A stretch of 64,000 nucleotides of DNA, taken from positions 167,430 to 231,429 of the forward strand of contig CAIOAT010000013.1 in assembly GCA_903856085.1 (NCBI GenBank), in the 5' to 3' direction. This DNA comes from Candidatus Omnitrophota bacterium (GTDB lineage Bacteria > Omnitrophota > Omnitrophia > Omnitrophales > Aquincolibacteriaceae). A model generated the notes under the pieces. It was not told the origin of the DNA. It searched no databases and saw only the letters and a program-made list of their open reading frames with translations. A program made the translations under genes and the position numbers. The number at the start of each line of letters is the position of its first letter. Position 1 is the first letter of the stretch. Below, piece after piece: positions 54,407-64,000 of this stretch.

Positions 54407-54907
54407 ATGGAATTCTTTCAAGAGAACATCCATCTTACCGAGGTCTTGGTCCAGCTCATCGCCTTTCTGATCGTGTTTTTCACGCTTAAGAAATTCGCGT
54501 GGAAACCACTCCTTGCGATCATTCAATCGCGACGCGAACGATTCGAAAGCGAATGGGGCGGAATCGAGAAAACCAAACAAGAGGTCGCGGCACTGCAAAA
54601 GGATTATCTCGCGCATCTTCAGAAAATCGAGGAAGAAGCCCGGGCCAAAATGCAGGAAGCAGTTCAGGAGGGACGCCGCCTCGCGCGTGAGATCCAGGAA
54701 AAAGCGCGTCTGGAATCCCAAACCTCGTTTGAAAAAGCAAAAGCAAATATCGAACTCGAAGTTCAGAAAGCGCGACTCACGCTCCGCCAGGAGATCGCCG
54801 ATCTTTCGATCCGCGTCGCGGAAAAAATCCTGACGGAAAAAATGGCTGGGGCCCAGCAAGAAAAAAAGGCTCTGGAAATCCTCGGGGAACTTGAGAAAAA
54901 GTTATGA
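54407..54907 (+). CDS. atpF: ATP synthase F0 subunit b
   Basis: A single TM followed by a long coiled-coil. Confidence 0.85.
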   Translation: MEFFQENIHLTEVLVQLIAFLIVFFTLKKFAWKPLLAIIQSRRERFESEWGGIEKTKQEVAALQKDYLAHLQKIEEEARAKMQEAVQEGRRLAREIQEKARLESQTSFEKAKANIELEVQKARLTLRQEIADLSIRVAEKILTEKMAGAQQEKKALEILGELEKKL

Positions 54908-55461
54908 GTGACACGATCGCCGCAGGCCGTTATACCCGCGCCTTATTTGAACTCGCTGAAAAAGAAGGTTCCCTCGCTGAAATAGACGCCGAACTCCATG
55001 CCTTCGCCAAGATCCTGGAGGCTCAGCCAAAGATTTTGCTTCTCATGGCAAACCCCACGCTTACGAACCAGGAAAAATATGCTTTGGCATTGGGAGCCCT
55101 CGCCACGAAAAAAACGAGCTTATTGGAAAGATTTTTTCATGTCATGATTGACAAAAAGCGTTTCGCGCTTTTACCGGAAATCCAAAAGATCTTTCATGAG
55201 CGTTTTGAGAAAAAGCAGGGCGTCCAGGAAGTAACACTGCTCTCTGCCGTACCGTTTTCTTCCGAAGTCCGGGAAAAGTTTAAAATGACGCTCGCAAAAA
55301 AACTCCGCTCCGAGATCCGTCTGATCCCCCAAACCGACCCTGGCATCTTGGGCGGGTTCGTCCTGCGTTTTGACGGTAAAGAGATCGATTGCAGTTTTAG
55401 AAATCGTCTTCATGAGATCCAACAAAAACTTTCCAGCTCTGTTGAAGAAGGGATCGCCTAA
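54904..55461 (+). CDS. atpH: ATP synthase F1 delta subunit (OSCP)
   Basis: 185 aa in the delta position, beginning IAAGRYTRALFELA. Confidence 0.85.
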   Translation: MSDTIAAGRYTRALFELAEKEGSLAEIDAELHAFAKILEAQPKILLLMANPTLTNQEKYALALGALATKKTSLLERFFHVMIDKKRFALLPEIQKIFHERFEKKQGVQEVTLLSAVPFSSEVREKFKMTLAKKLRSEIRLIPQTDPGILGGFVLRFDGKEIDCSFRNRLHEIQQKLSSSVEEGIA

Positions 55462-55500
55462 CACCGCATGACATTTAAAATTTAATGGAGAACAGGACTA

Positions 55501-57000
55501 ATGCTTAAACCCGAAGAAGTCACGCAAGCCATTCAAAAAGAGATCCAGAAATATGAGACCAAGCTCGAAATGCAGTCCGTGGGTTATGTCCTTCAGGTAG
55601 GAGATGGCATCGCCCGCGTGTACGGTCTCGACGAAGTGATGGCCGGTGAGCTCGTCACATTCCATGATGGGACGACGGGCCTGGTGCTTAATCTTGAACC
55701 GCATCATGTCGGAGTGGTCATCCTCGGCGAAGACCGTAACATCAAAGAAGGCGACCAGGTCAAGCGTACGGGCAAGATCGCGCAGGTCCCGGTCGGAGAC
55801 GCTCTCAAAGGCCGCGTGATCAATCCGCTCGGAGAACCGCTCGACGGCAAGGGCCCGATTGTTACAAAAAAAACGCGCCCGATCGAATCCTTGCCCCCGT
55901 CGGTCGTCCAACGTCAGCCGGTGAAAGAACCGCTGCAAACCGGCATTAAATCCATTGATGCGATGATCCCGATCGGCCGCGGCCAGCGCGAGCTCATCAT
56001 CGGCGACCGCCAAACCGGGAAAACCGCCATCCTGATCGATACAATCCTCAATCAGAAAACAACAGGCGTTCATTGTATCTATGTCGCGATTGGCCAGAAA
56101 CTCTCGAGCGTCGTAGCGCTTACCGAAACGCTTGAAAAATACGGCGCCATGGAATATACCACGATCGTGTCTGCGTCTTCGGATGATCCGGCTCCCCTTC
56201 AGTACCTCGCGCCTTATGCCGGAGCCGCGATCGGTGAAGAATCCTTGTTCAACGGCAAACACGCCCTGGTAGTTTATGACGACCTCTCCAAACACGCGGT
56301 CGCCTATCGCCAGCTGTCACTACTTCTGCAGCGACCGCCGGGACGCGAGGCCTATCCGGGCGATGTGTTTTATCTTCATTCACGGTTGCTCGAACGCGCG
56401 GCAAAAATGCGCGAAGACCTGGGCGGAGGATCGCTCACGGCGCTTCCCGTGATCGAAACGCAGCTCGGTGATATTTCGGCTTACATTCCAACGAATGTTA
56501 TTTCCATCACGGATGGGCAGATCTATCTAGAAAGTGATCTTTTCTACGCAGGCGTACGACCCGCCATCAATGTCGGGCTTTCAGTCTCGCGCGTCGGCGG
56601 AAACGCTCAAACCAAAGCCATGAAACAAGTCGCTGGCATGCTGCGCCTCGCACTCGCTCAGTACCGAGAGCTTCAGGCGTTTGCGCAGCTCGCGACCGAT
56701 CTCGACAAAGCCACCAAAGACCAGCTCACACGCGGCGAGCGCATGGTCGAGATCCTGAAGCAAACCGACCTTCATCCGCTTCCGCTTGAGCGTCAAGTGG
56801 TAAGTATTTTCGCAGGCAATGAAGGTTTCCTTGATGACATTCCCGCTCTTAAAGTACAAGCTTTTGAAAAAGGGCTCTGGGACTTCATCGACAAGAACTA
56901 TCAGGAGATTTTTTTGGAGATCGCGGCAAAGAAGCTCCTCTCCGAGGCGTTAATAGAGAAACTGAAACAAGCCATCATAAAGTTCAAACAAACACTTTAA
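55501..57000 (+). CDS. atpA: ATP synthase F1 alpha subunit
   Basis: Carries the [10 protein letters not shown]-loop. Confidence 0.95.
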   Translation: MLKPEEVTQAIQKEIQKYETKLEMQSVGYVLQVGDGIARVYGLDEVMAGELVTFHDGTTGLVLNLEPHHVGVVILGEDRNIKEGDQVKRTGKIAQVPVGDALKGRVINPLGEPLDGKGPIVTKKTRPIESLPPSVVQRQPVKEPLQTGIKSIDAMIPIGRGQRELIIGDRQTGKTAILIDTILNQKTTGVHCIYVAIGQKLSSVVALTETLEKYGAMEYTTIVSASSDDPAPLQYLAPYAGAAIGEESLFNGKHALVVYDDLSKHAVAYRQLSLLLQRPPGREAYPGDVFYLHSRLLERAAKMREDLGGGSLTALPVIETQLGDISAYIPTNVISITDGQIYLESDLFYAGVRPAINVGLSVSRVGGNAQTKAMKQVAGMLRLALAQYRELQAFAQLATDLDKATKDQLTRGERMVEILKQTDLHPLPLERQVVSIFAGNEGFLDDIPALKVQAFEKGLWDFIDKNYQEIFLEIAAKKLLSEALIEKLKQAIIKFKQTL

Positions 57001-57075
57001 AAGCCGTGGAACGGTGAACGGGAAACGATCAATTCTTCGTTCAACGTTTGTCGTTCCTCGTTTCGCGAGAAGAAC

Positions 57076-57942
57076 ATGAGTGGACAACTCAGAGCATTAA
57101 AAAACAGGATCCGCGGGGTTGAGAGCACCCAGAAGATCACCCGGGCCATGGAAATGGTGGCCGCTTCCAAGCTCAAGCGTTATCAAAAACTGCGCGAGCA
57201 AACAACCCCTTATGTCCAGGCGATCGAAGGAGTCCTGAAGCGGCTGCTTGCCACGGACATTCCGCTTTCGCATCCTTTACTCGAAACGCGCGCAGAAAAA
57301 GAGATCGCGCTGTTGGTCATCACATCGGATACGGGCCTTTGTGGTTCTTATAATCACAGTCTTGTTGCAGAAGCTAGAAAATTCCTGCGTCCGGACTACA
57401 AAACGCCTCTTTTGATCGGTGTCGGCAAGAATGGCGTCAACACCCTATCGCGCGCCGGGCATGTGTGGCAAAAAACCTTTACGAACACCACGACGGCCCA
57501 GGTTGAGCCGGTGATCACGGAGACAAGTTCGTTGATCGAAAAACTTTTTACGGAGAAGAAGATCGACGCGGTCTACGCCGTGTATACCCATTTCACAAGC
57601 AAATCTATTTATCGCGCCACAGCAGAAAAAATACTTCCGTTCCGATTGGAAGTGACAAGCGGCGGACCGGTCGAGACTTCGAGCTTGTATATCATGGAAC
57701 CTAGCCGTGAGGCTTTGTTCACCCGCCTCGTCCCGCTCGTTTTCGCGGCTAAGATGCGCATGATCTTTTTGGAATCTTTCATCTCGGAACATACGGCGCG
57801 CATGAACGCCATGCATCAGGCGACCGAGAACGCCAAGGAATTGATCGACGCGCTGGTTCTTTTACGAAACAAGATCCGGCAAGCAGCCATCACCAAAGAA
57901 CTTATTGAAATCGTTTCGGGCTCGAAAGCCCTTAAAAACTAG
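57076..57942 (+). CDS. atpG: ATP synthase F1 gamma subunit
   Basis: 288 aa beginning LKNRIRGVESTQKITRAMEMVAASKL. Confidence 0.9.
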   Translation: MSGQLRALKNRIRGVESTQKITRAMEMVAASKLKRYQKLREQTTPYVQAIEGVLKRLLATDIPLSHPLLETRAEKEIALLVITSDTGLCGSYNHSLVAEARKFLRPDYKTPLLIGVGKNGVNTLSRAGHVWQKTFTNTTTAQVEPVITETSSLIEKLFTEKKIDAVYAVYTHFTSKSIYRATAEKILPFRLEVTSGGPVETSSLYIMEPSREALFTRLVPLVFAAKMRMIFLESFISEHTARMNAMHQATENAKELIDALVLLRNKIRQAAITKELIEIVSGSKALKN

Positions 57943-58014
57943 TACGGCATTTTGCGTACGGCGTACGGAACATTCAGGCGCTGTACGCCATACCCCGTAC
58001 TCCTCAAGAGGTGA

Positions 58015-59418
<1,404 letters not shown>

Positions 59419-59460
59419 CGAACAAGTGCGGCGGAATGCATACACCTTACTAGGGTATTT

Positions 59461-59727
59461 ATGGCCACATCTTACTCGTTAAAGATCATCACACCGCAAG
59501 GCGCCGTATACGAAGGAACGGTCGTTCATACGTTCCTTCCCACGGAGAATGGTTTTGTCGGCGTGCTGGCTCACCACGCTCCGTATTTGGTTTCTTCTAA
59601 AGGCGGGAAAATGGCGGTGAAAGAAAGTGGCGGGCTTGAAAAGGATTTTCAAGTCGGCCCGGGATTTTTTGAAGTCAATCACGACCAGGCCGTGTTTCTC
59701 ACACAGACCTGCACCTCACAAAACTGA
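59461..59727 (+). CDS. atpC: ATP synthase F1 epsilon subunit, short form (88 aa; beta-sandwich only)
   Basis: The N-terminal domain LKIITPQGAVYEGTVVHTFLPTENGFVGVLAHHAP is present; the C-terminal helical hairpin is absent. Confidence 0.85.
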   Translation: MATSYSLKIITPQGAVYEGTVVHTFLPTENGFVGVLAHHAPYLVSSKGGKMAVKESGGLEKDFQVGPGFFEVNHDQAVFLTQTCTSQN

Positions 59728-59775
59728 ATCCTTGCTTTTCGAAAAATCGTTTTGTGCCTTTGAAAAACAGGGGCC

Positions 59776-59810
59776 ACTCCCCATCCCAACGCTAGGGAGT
59801 CTTGAGTTTT
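59776..59810. terminator. Hairpin ACTCCC-N13-GGGAGT followed by GTTTT on plus and spanning the stop of the convergent gene; probable bidirectional terminator between atpC and the GT-C gene
   Basis: A 6-bp stem at 59776-59781 and 59795-59800, with a T-run at 59806-59810. Confidence 0.35.
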
Positions 59811-61381
59811 CTGTAGATTAAAACATCCCCGATAAAAAACGGGAACGTTCCCCATATTTTTTTATAAAGAAACATTTCGGGAGTGATAGCCTTCACCTCA
59901 AACTTCTTGACGAGCGCATAGGGAAGCTGGCCTTTGAAAAGGGCCTGAATAAACCAGAAATGGTACTGATCCCCGTGATATATTTCTTCCCAGGATGGAA
60001 ATTTTTTAAAAAAATTTATTTCAGAACGCTGATATTGAGCGAGAGCTGTCTCGTCTATTAACAAAAACGGCATTTCCGACGACTCTGGAGAGATCGGCCG
60101 GACCCTATTCCTGAGCTTCAGTTCAGGCAACGACCAACAAAGCGCTGCGATGTTCTGCCGGGGAGAGATGTTCGAACGAATCCATTTCGCCGAGGAAGTG
60201 ATCGTATCAAACACAAAATAATATTCGATCTGCCCGACAAAAATAAGCTGATACACGATAAAAAGCGCGACGACTTTGCGCAGCAACTTCTTTTCGCCAC
60301 CCCATTTTATCCCTTCCACCCATCGCACCATTCCATAGGCTGCAACGAGAACAAACAAAGGGATCGTTGCCAAGAGATGCCTTGCGAAAGGATAGCGTGC
60401 GAACGGGAAGGCTACGAAACAGATGATGAGAAAATGCAAAAGGATGGGCAGAATAACCACAAAAAACACATCTCTTAGATTCTGATCCTCATGAAATTTC
60501 TTAAAATGAAACGACCGAAAAGCCAAGAAAAATGAAATGAAGATCGGTAGACCCACCGCAGGAAGAAGCTGAACGAAATACGCAAGAGGATTGATCAGGC
60601 TGTTGTAGTGCTGTGTCAAAGTAGGCTGGTCCGAGGCACGTCCTGCGAAAAGCAACCGGAAGGTGGAAAGCGGATACCAACCTCCGTTGGCAAGGGTGAA
60701 CACCGAAAACATGGCAAGTCCCACGAGGATCCAATAACGGATATCCTTTCTCTGAAGGATCAGGACATAAATTATCGGGATCAAAACAGCCGCTGAGAAC
60801 TTGAAAGCGATTGCATAACCGCCTGTGATAACTGCTAGACCTAAAAAAATGTCCTTTTTCCGGATCGCCCACAAACAAAAGAGGATCGTGGCGTATATCC
60901 AGAACGTGTTTCCTGCATCCACCGTAGCGTAATGGCTTTCAGTAACATGCAATCCGGCTAAGGCCAAGAACAAACCGGTGAGCAAAGAAATAGTTTTCTT
61001 GGCGAATATTTCGGTTGCCAGGCAATAAAGGACGAGGACGGTCGCGATGCCGTAGAGCAGAGAAAGACATCTTCCGATGAGGATGAAATGGAAAAGGTAG
61101 GGCTTGGCGGCCTGCCCGGCCAGAGAAGCGACAAGCGTGATCTGGAAGGGAAAACCTTTGGGGTAACGGTTAACGCCCTGGTCTGTTCCGGCTATAAACC
61201 GCCAGGCCATTTTTGTAAAAACTCTCTCATCAATGTGCAAAGAGCGAAACCCATGAACTGCCACCGGCCACGCCGAAAGTTTGACTCCCCAAAACACTCC
61301 CGGCAAACGCACCACCAAAGCAAGAATGATGATGACCCAGACCATGTTGAGCCGCCGCAAAGAGATTCCCGTATTATTCAT
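59792..61381 (-). CDS. GT-C superfamily polytopic membrane glycosyltransferase (ArnT/PMT, GT39/GT83-like). The start at 61381 (MNNTGIS...) is preferred; the ORF-track start is 61447.
   Basis: About 530 aa with 10 or more TM helices and an N-terminal loop of the kind seen in polyprenyl-phosphate-sugar dependent GT-C enzymes. The assignment is by architecture and sequence impression only. Confidence 0.6.
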   Translation of the reverse strand: MNNTGISLRRLNMVWVIIILALVVRLPGVFWGVKLSAWPVAVHGFRSLHIDERVFTKMAWRFIAGTDQGVNRYPKGFPFQITLVASLAGQAAKPYLFHFILIGRCLSLLYGIATVLVLYCLATEIFAKKTISLLTGLFLALAGLHVTESHYATVDAGNTFWIYATILFCLWAIRKKDIFLGLAVITGGYAIAFKFSAAVLIPIIYVLILQRKDIRYWILVGLAMFSVFTLANGGWYPLSTFRLLFAGRASDQPTLTQHYNSLINPLAYFVQLLPAVGLPIFISFFLAFRSFHFKKFHEDQNLRDVFFVVILPILLHFLIICFVAFPFARYPFARHLLATIPLFVLVAAYGMVRWVEGIKWGGEKKLLRKVVALFIVYQLIFVGQIEYYFVFDTITSSAKWIRSNISPRQNIAALCWSLPELKLRNRVRPISPESSEMPFLLIDETALAQYQRSEINFFKKFPSWEEIYHGDQYHFWFIQALFKGQLPYALVKKFEVKAITPEMFLYKKIWGTFPFFIGDVLIYRKLKTP

Positions 61382-61520
61382 GATCGATGACCCTCGCCCC
61401 TTTTGAAAAATTACCTGTCTGCATATGAACTTTAAAACGTCCCTCATGGAAAACTGTGTTCAAACCTTTTAAAAGCTCAGCCTTGGTGTTACGGCCACAC
61501 TTTGAAAAATCTAGTAACCA

Positions 61521-61928
61521 TTAGAAAAATATCCCCATCACCAAAAGAGCCAGCCCTATACCCGCTGAGCTTAGTATCACGACGCGAAACGCGAGAGGCT
61601 CCGCCACGAGCGCTAGCAGGAACTCCCGGGACTTCTTATAAAAGAAGACAAGCGGCACGACCTTCACCAGGCCGAGGCTCACCACCAATGTCACCACAAA
61701 ATTCTCCATGCTCGCAGCCCGCACAAATTCCACCCAAGTCCATAAGGCCAGGGCTAACGTCAGCACCCCAACGGCTGGTATCCAGCGTGGGCGCTCTTCA
61801 GGATAAAGCTCCGCGCTAAGACGCTTCAAGCCTCCGATGAAAAACAAGGCCCCCGCCCCTCCAAGGACCATCCACGAGCCCATCAAAATACCTAAAATTT
61901 TAAAGTAGTTCATCGATCTTTCCCCCAT
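61521..61928 (-). CDS. Small 4-TM membrane protein, hypothetical
   Basis: Hydrophobic ORF in the same operon as the GT-C gene. Confidence 0.45.
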   Translation of the reverse strand: MGERSMNYFKILGILMGSWMVLGGAGALFFIGGLKRLSAELYPEERPRWIPAVGVLTLALALWTWVEFVRAASMENFVVTLVVSLGLVKVVPLVFFYKKSREFLLALVAEPLAFRVVILSSAGIGLALLVMGIFF

Positions 61929-62163
61929 CAGTCTCCGGTGATTGTTTTCTCACCATTTTAAGTTTTCTTTTTTCGTTACATTCCTTTACCGTTTCCTCGG
62001 GAGTTCCGGTCTTGAAAAGGGCCTCGAATTTCAACTGCCCGTTATTCGTAATGTTCCTTGAACAGCCCATCGAGTTAAACGTTACTGTCAAAACGAGGGC
62101 CACCCCCATGAACTCCCGAAGCCCCAGCATCCCCGGCACCTTTTGATAAAACCTAAACGACAC
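61900..62163 (-). CDS. Small putative lipoprotein/secreted protein, hypothetical
   Basis: A hydrophobic stretch ending in a Cys (LVLTVTFNSMGC) followed by a charged region. Overlaps the downstream ORF by 29 nt. Weak call. Confidence 0.3.
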   Translation of the reverse strand: MSFRFYQKVPGMLGLREFMGVALVLTVTFNSMGCSRNITNNGQLKFEALFKTGTPEETVKECNEKRKLKMVRKQSPETDGGKIDELL

Positions 62164-62170
62164 AGTCCCT

Positions 62171-62769
62171 TTATTTCAATAACGGCTTGATGCGCTTATA
62201 GATCCGCTCGGCCATAATCCGATAACCTTCGCTGTTGGGATGGATCCGATCATATTTGTACCGTTGATCGAAAAAAATACCATGGAGGACATCGGGAATC
62301 AGGAGAAAATGTTTTTGGTGTGCCAACTTTTTAAAGTCGCCGATATACGCGTCCCCCAGCAGGCCGATCCTCTCCTCGGCCCATACCACCTTGGCACCAT
62401 GTTCCTGAATCCGGTCGATAATAGTTCCCATGTTTCGCAGTATCTCCTCCCGAGGAATCCCGCACATAAAATCATTGCCTCCCAGCGTGATAATCACAAT
62501 CTTCGGGTCCTGCTGCAGAACATCTCTCTCAAGACGCCTCAACCCATCAGCGGTCGTGTCCCCGGAAACGCCGGCGTTGATCACCGGTAGATCCAATTTT
62601 GACCGAAGGACCGACGGATAGTCCCTGCCTTCGTCGGCGCCGAATCCAGCCGTCAGACTGTCCCCAAAACACACGACCGGACCTCCCTTGGGATCGCGAT
62701 CCGCGACCTGCGCTTCGCAACCGCACAAGAAAACGAGAGCGAGAATGAAAATGAAGTTTTTTTGATCAT
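62171..62769 (-). CDS. SGNH/GDSL-family hydrolase lipoprotein (TesA / lysophospholipase L1-like); the reading frame is broken by one base in an A7 homopolymer near the start
   Basis: The catalytic blocks are all present: GDSLTAG, GGNDF and DRIHPN. The ATG at 62769 would, with 8 As instead of 7, give MIKKNFIFILALVFLCGCEAQ, a signal peptide with Cys, continuous with the enzyme frame. Confidence 0.6.
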
Positions 62770-62862
62770 CGCAAACATCTCTTTTTATTCCTGAAGCGTT
62801 GACCCGAAGCTCCCGAGAACGCCCTTGTTTTTTCCAAAAGATCCCGATGCATGGCTACAACA

Positions 62863-63732
62863 CTACAAGCCTCGTGCGAAATCAGGCCGGAGAGTGATCT
62901 CTCCATCGATCGCGGCTTTCAAGGCCTTCTCAAGAGTCTGTTGATCTTTCGGAAGTGTTCCTTCGAGCGCGAGATAATTCGACGCGTGATTCGACCGGAA
63001 AATCGTGCGTTTGAGCTCAAGCCCCCGGATCATTTCGTAAGCCTCGTTCAGCAACTCAACCGGATCGAGCTCCACAAAATCTCCCCGCCGTACCTCCTCG
63101 GCGAGTGGCGTTCCGGGAACGACCATCAGAGAGAGAAACGAGAGATACCGCGGCTGCATCCGGTTCAAGGCTTCGACCGTACCCCGCACATGTTCCGCAG
63201 AATATTTTTTGCCGCCAAGCCCGAGCAGAACGATCACCGACGACCGGATCCCCGCCCGATCCGCCCGCTGCACCGCCTGGATCATTTCTTCCGCGCTTGA
63301 GGTTTTGCCGCACCGGTCGAGCACAAGCTGGCTGCCACTTTCAAGCCCCATGTAGACTAGGCTCAACTTGTGTCCGTAAAGCTCGGCTAACTCCTCATCG
63401 CTTTTCCGTGTGATGTTTGATCCATTCGCGTAACTGGAGACGCGGGAAAGAAGGGGGAAAACCTGCTGTAATTTTTCCAGGATCGGAACCAGTTTGCTGT
63501 TGCTGAGAACCAACGCATCCCCGTCCATCAGAAAAACACGACGCGTTCCGGGATCGCAGCGCACACGACGGTCAATATCCGAAAAAACCTCGTTGGGATC
63601 TTTGACTTGAAAGGGTTTCATCTTGTACGCACCGCAGAAACTGCAATGATCCGCCGAACACCCCAGGGTCACTTGCAAAAGAAAACTGTCGGCCTCAGCC
63701 GGCGGCCGGATCACAGGTTCAAGAATCGTCAT
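62863..63732 (-). CDS. Radical SAM superfamily protein with a CX4CX2C cluster motif
   Basis: The cysteine triad is GCSADHCSFCG. The glycine-rich SAM region (LMDGDAL) and an Elp3-like fold signature are present. 289 aa. Confidence 0.6.
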   Translation of the reverse strand: MTILEPVIRPPAEADSFLLQVTLGCSADHCSFCGAYKMKPFQVKDPNEVFSDIDRRVRCDPGTRRVFLMDGDALVLSNSKLVPILEKLQQVFPLLSRVSSYANGSNITRKSDEELAELYGHKLSLVYMGLESGSQLVLDRCGKTSSAEEMIQAVQRADRAGIRSSVIVLLGLGGKKYSAEHVRGTVEALNRMQPRYLSFLSLMVVPGTPLAEEVRRGDFVELDPVELLNEAYEMIRGLELKRTIFRSNHASNYLALEGTLPKDQQTLEKALKAAIDGEITLRPDFARGL

Positions 63733-63830
63733 CTTTTGTCCTCTTAAAGCCCTTCATCATCTTCCTCTTGTTTCAATGCCCTCTTCGCGGCCGCAAGAAA
63801 CTCGAAAGATGCCGGGCGCACTCTTTCATC

Positions 63831-64000
63831 TACTTATTCGCGCGATTGAGCATTTCCTCAGCATGGCGACGTGAGATCTCGCTTTCCTGCTGACCGCTCA
63901 TCATCTGCGCCAACTCGCGAACCTTGTCTTCTCCTTCCAAAATCTGATACTGGACAAGCGTCCGCCCTTTTTGAACGGACTTGGTCACTTTGATATGCCG
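63831..64000 (-). CDS. C-terminal end of an unidentified protein; the 5' end lies beyond the window
   Basis: An open frame running into the window edge, ending ...VRELAQMMSGQQESEISRRHAEEMLNRANK*. Confidence 0.3.

Noticed and set aside
54513-54833. 106-aa Arg/Lys-rich plus ORF
   Set aside because: Out-of-frame overlap entirely within atpF. The b-subunit coiled-coil is Glu/Lys/Ala-rich, so a shifted frame gives R/K/S runs.

Overview
This 64 kb window comes from a bacterium with diderm-type (Gram-negative) hallmarks: a SurA-like chaperone, a prepilin peptidase and a secreted PhoA-like phosphatase. It is very gene-dense, and about 52 kb of it is coded on the minus strand. Reading from the left, the features are:

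- **1-7.4 kb:** a minus-strand biosynthetic operon, ilvB-ilvN-ilvC-leuA-aroE-pilD-aroC.
- **7.5-20.7 kb:** housekeeping genes, including a secreted alpha/beta-hydrolase-like protein, an FtsB-like protein, eno, a PhoA-like phosphatase, purN, rsmI, a polyprenyl synthase, ksgA, pdxA, a SurA-like protein, a compact Mfd and an aminotransferase.
- **20.7-51.8 kb:** an uninterrupted ~31 kb translation/transcription supercluster in the ancestral order: tRNA-Thr, tuf, rpmG, tRNA-Trp, secE, nusG, rplKAJL, rpoB, rpoC, rpsL, rpsG, fusA, then the S10, spc and alpha operons through rplQ. There is no rpmD (L30), S14 is the zinc-ribbon Z type, and rpoB is encoded as two ORFs in different frames.
- **53.0-59.7 kb:** a complete plus-strand F-type ATP synthase operon, atpZ-like then atpBEFHAGDC.
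- **59.8-63.7 kb:** an unannotated envelope-associated locus carrying a GT-C glycosyltransferase, two small membrane or lipoproteins, a GDSL lipoprotein and a radical-SAM protein.

I found no CRISPR array, no transposase or integrase, no rRNA, and no recognisable defence or toxin system. The candidates most worth a second look are the envelope locus, the split rpoB, the compact Mfd, and a repeated 20-mer leaderless-promoter motif. All calls rest on reading the ORF translations and the sequence by eye; nothing was searched against a database.
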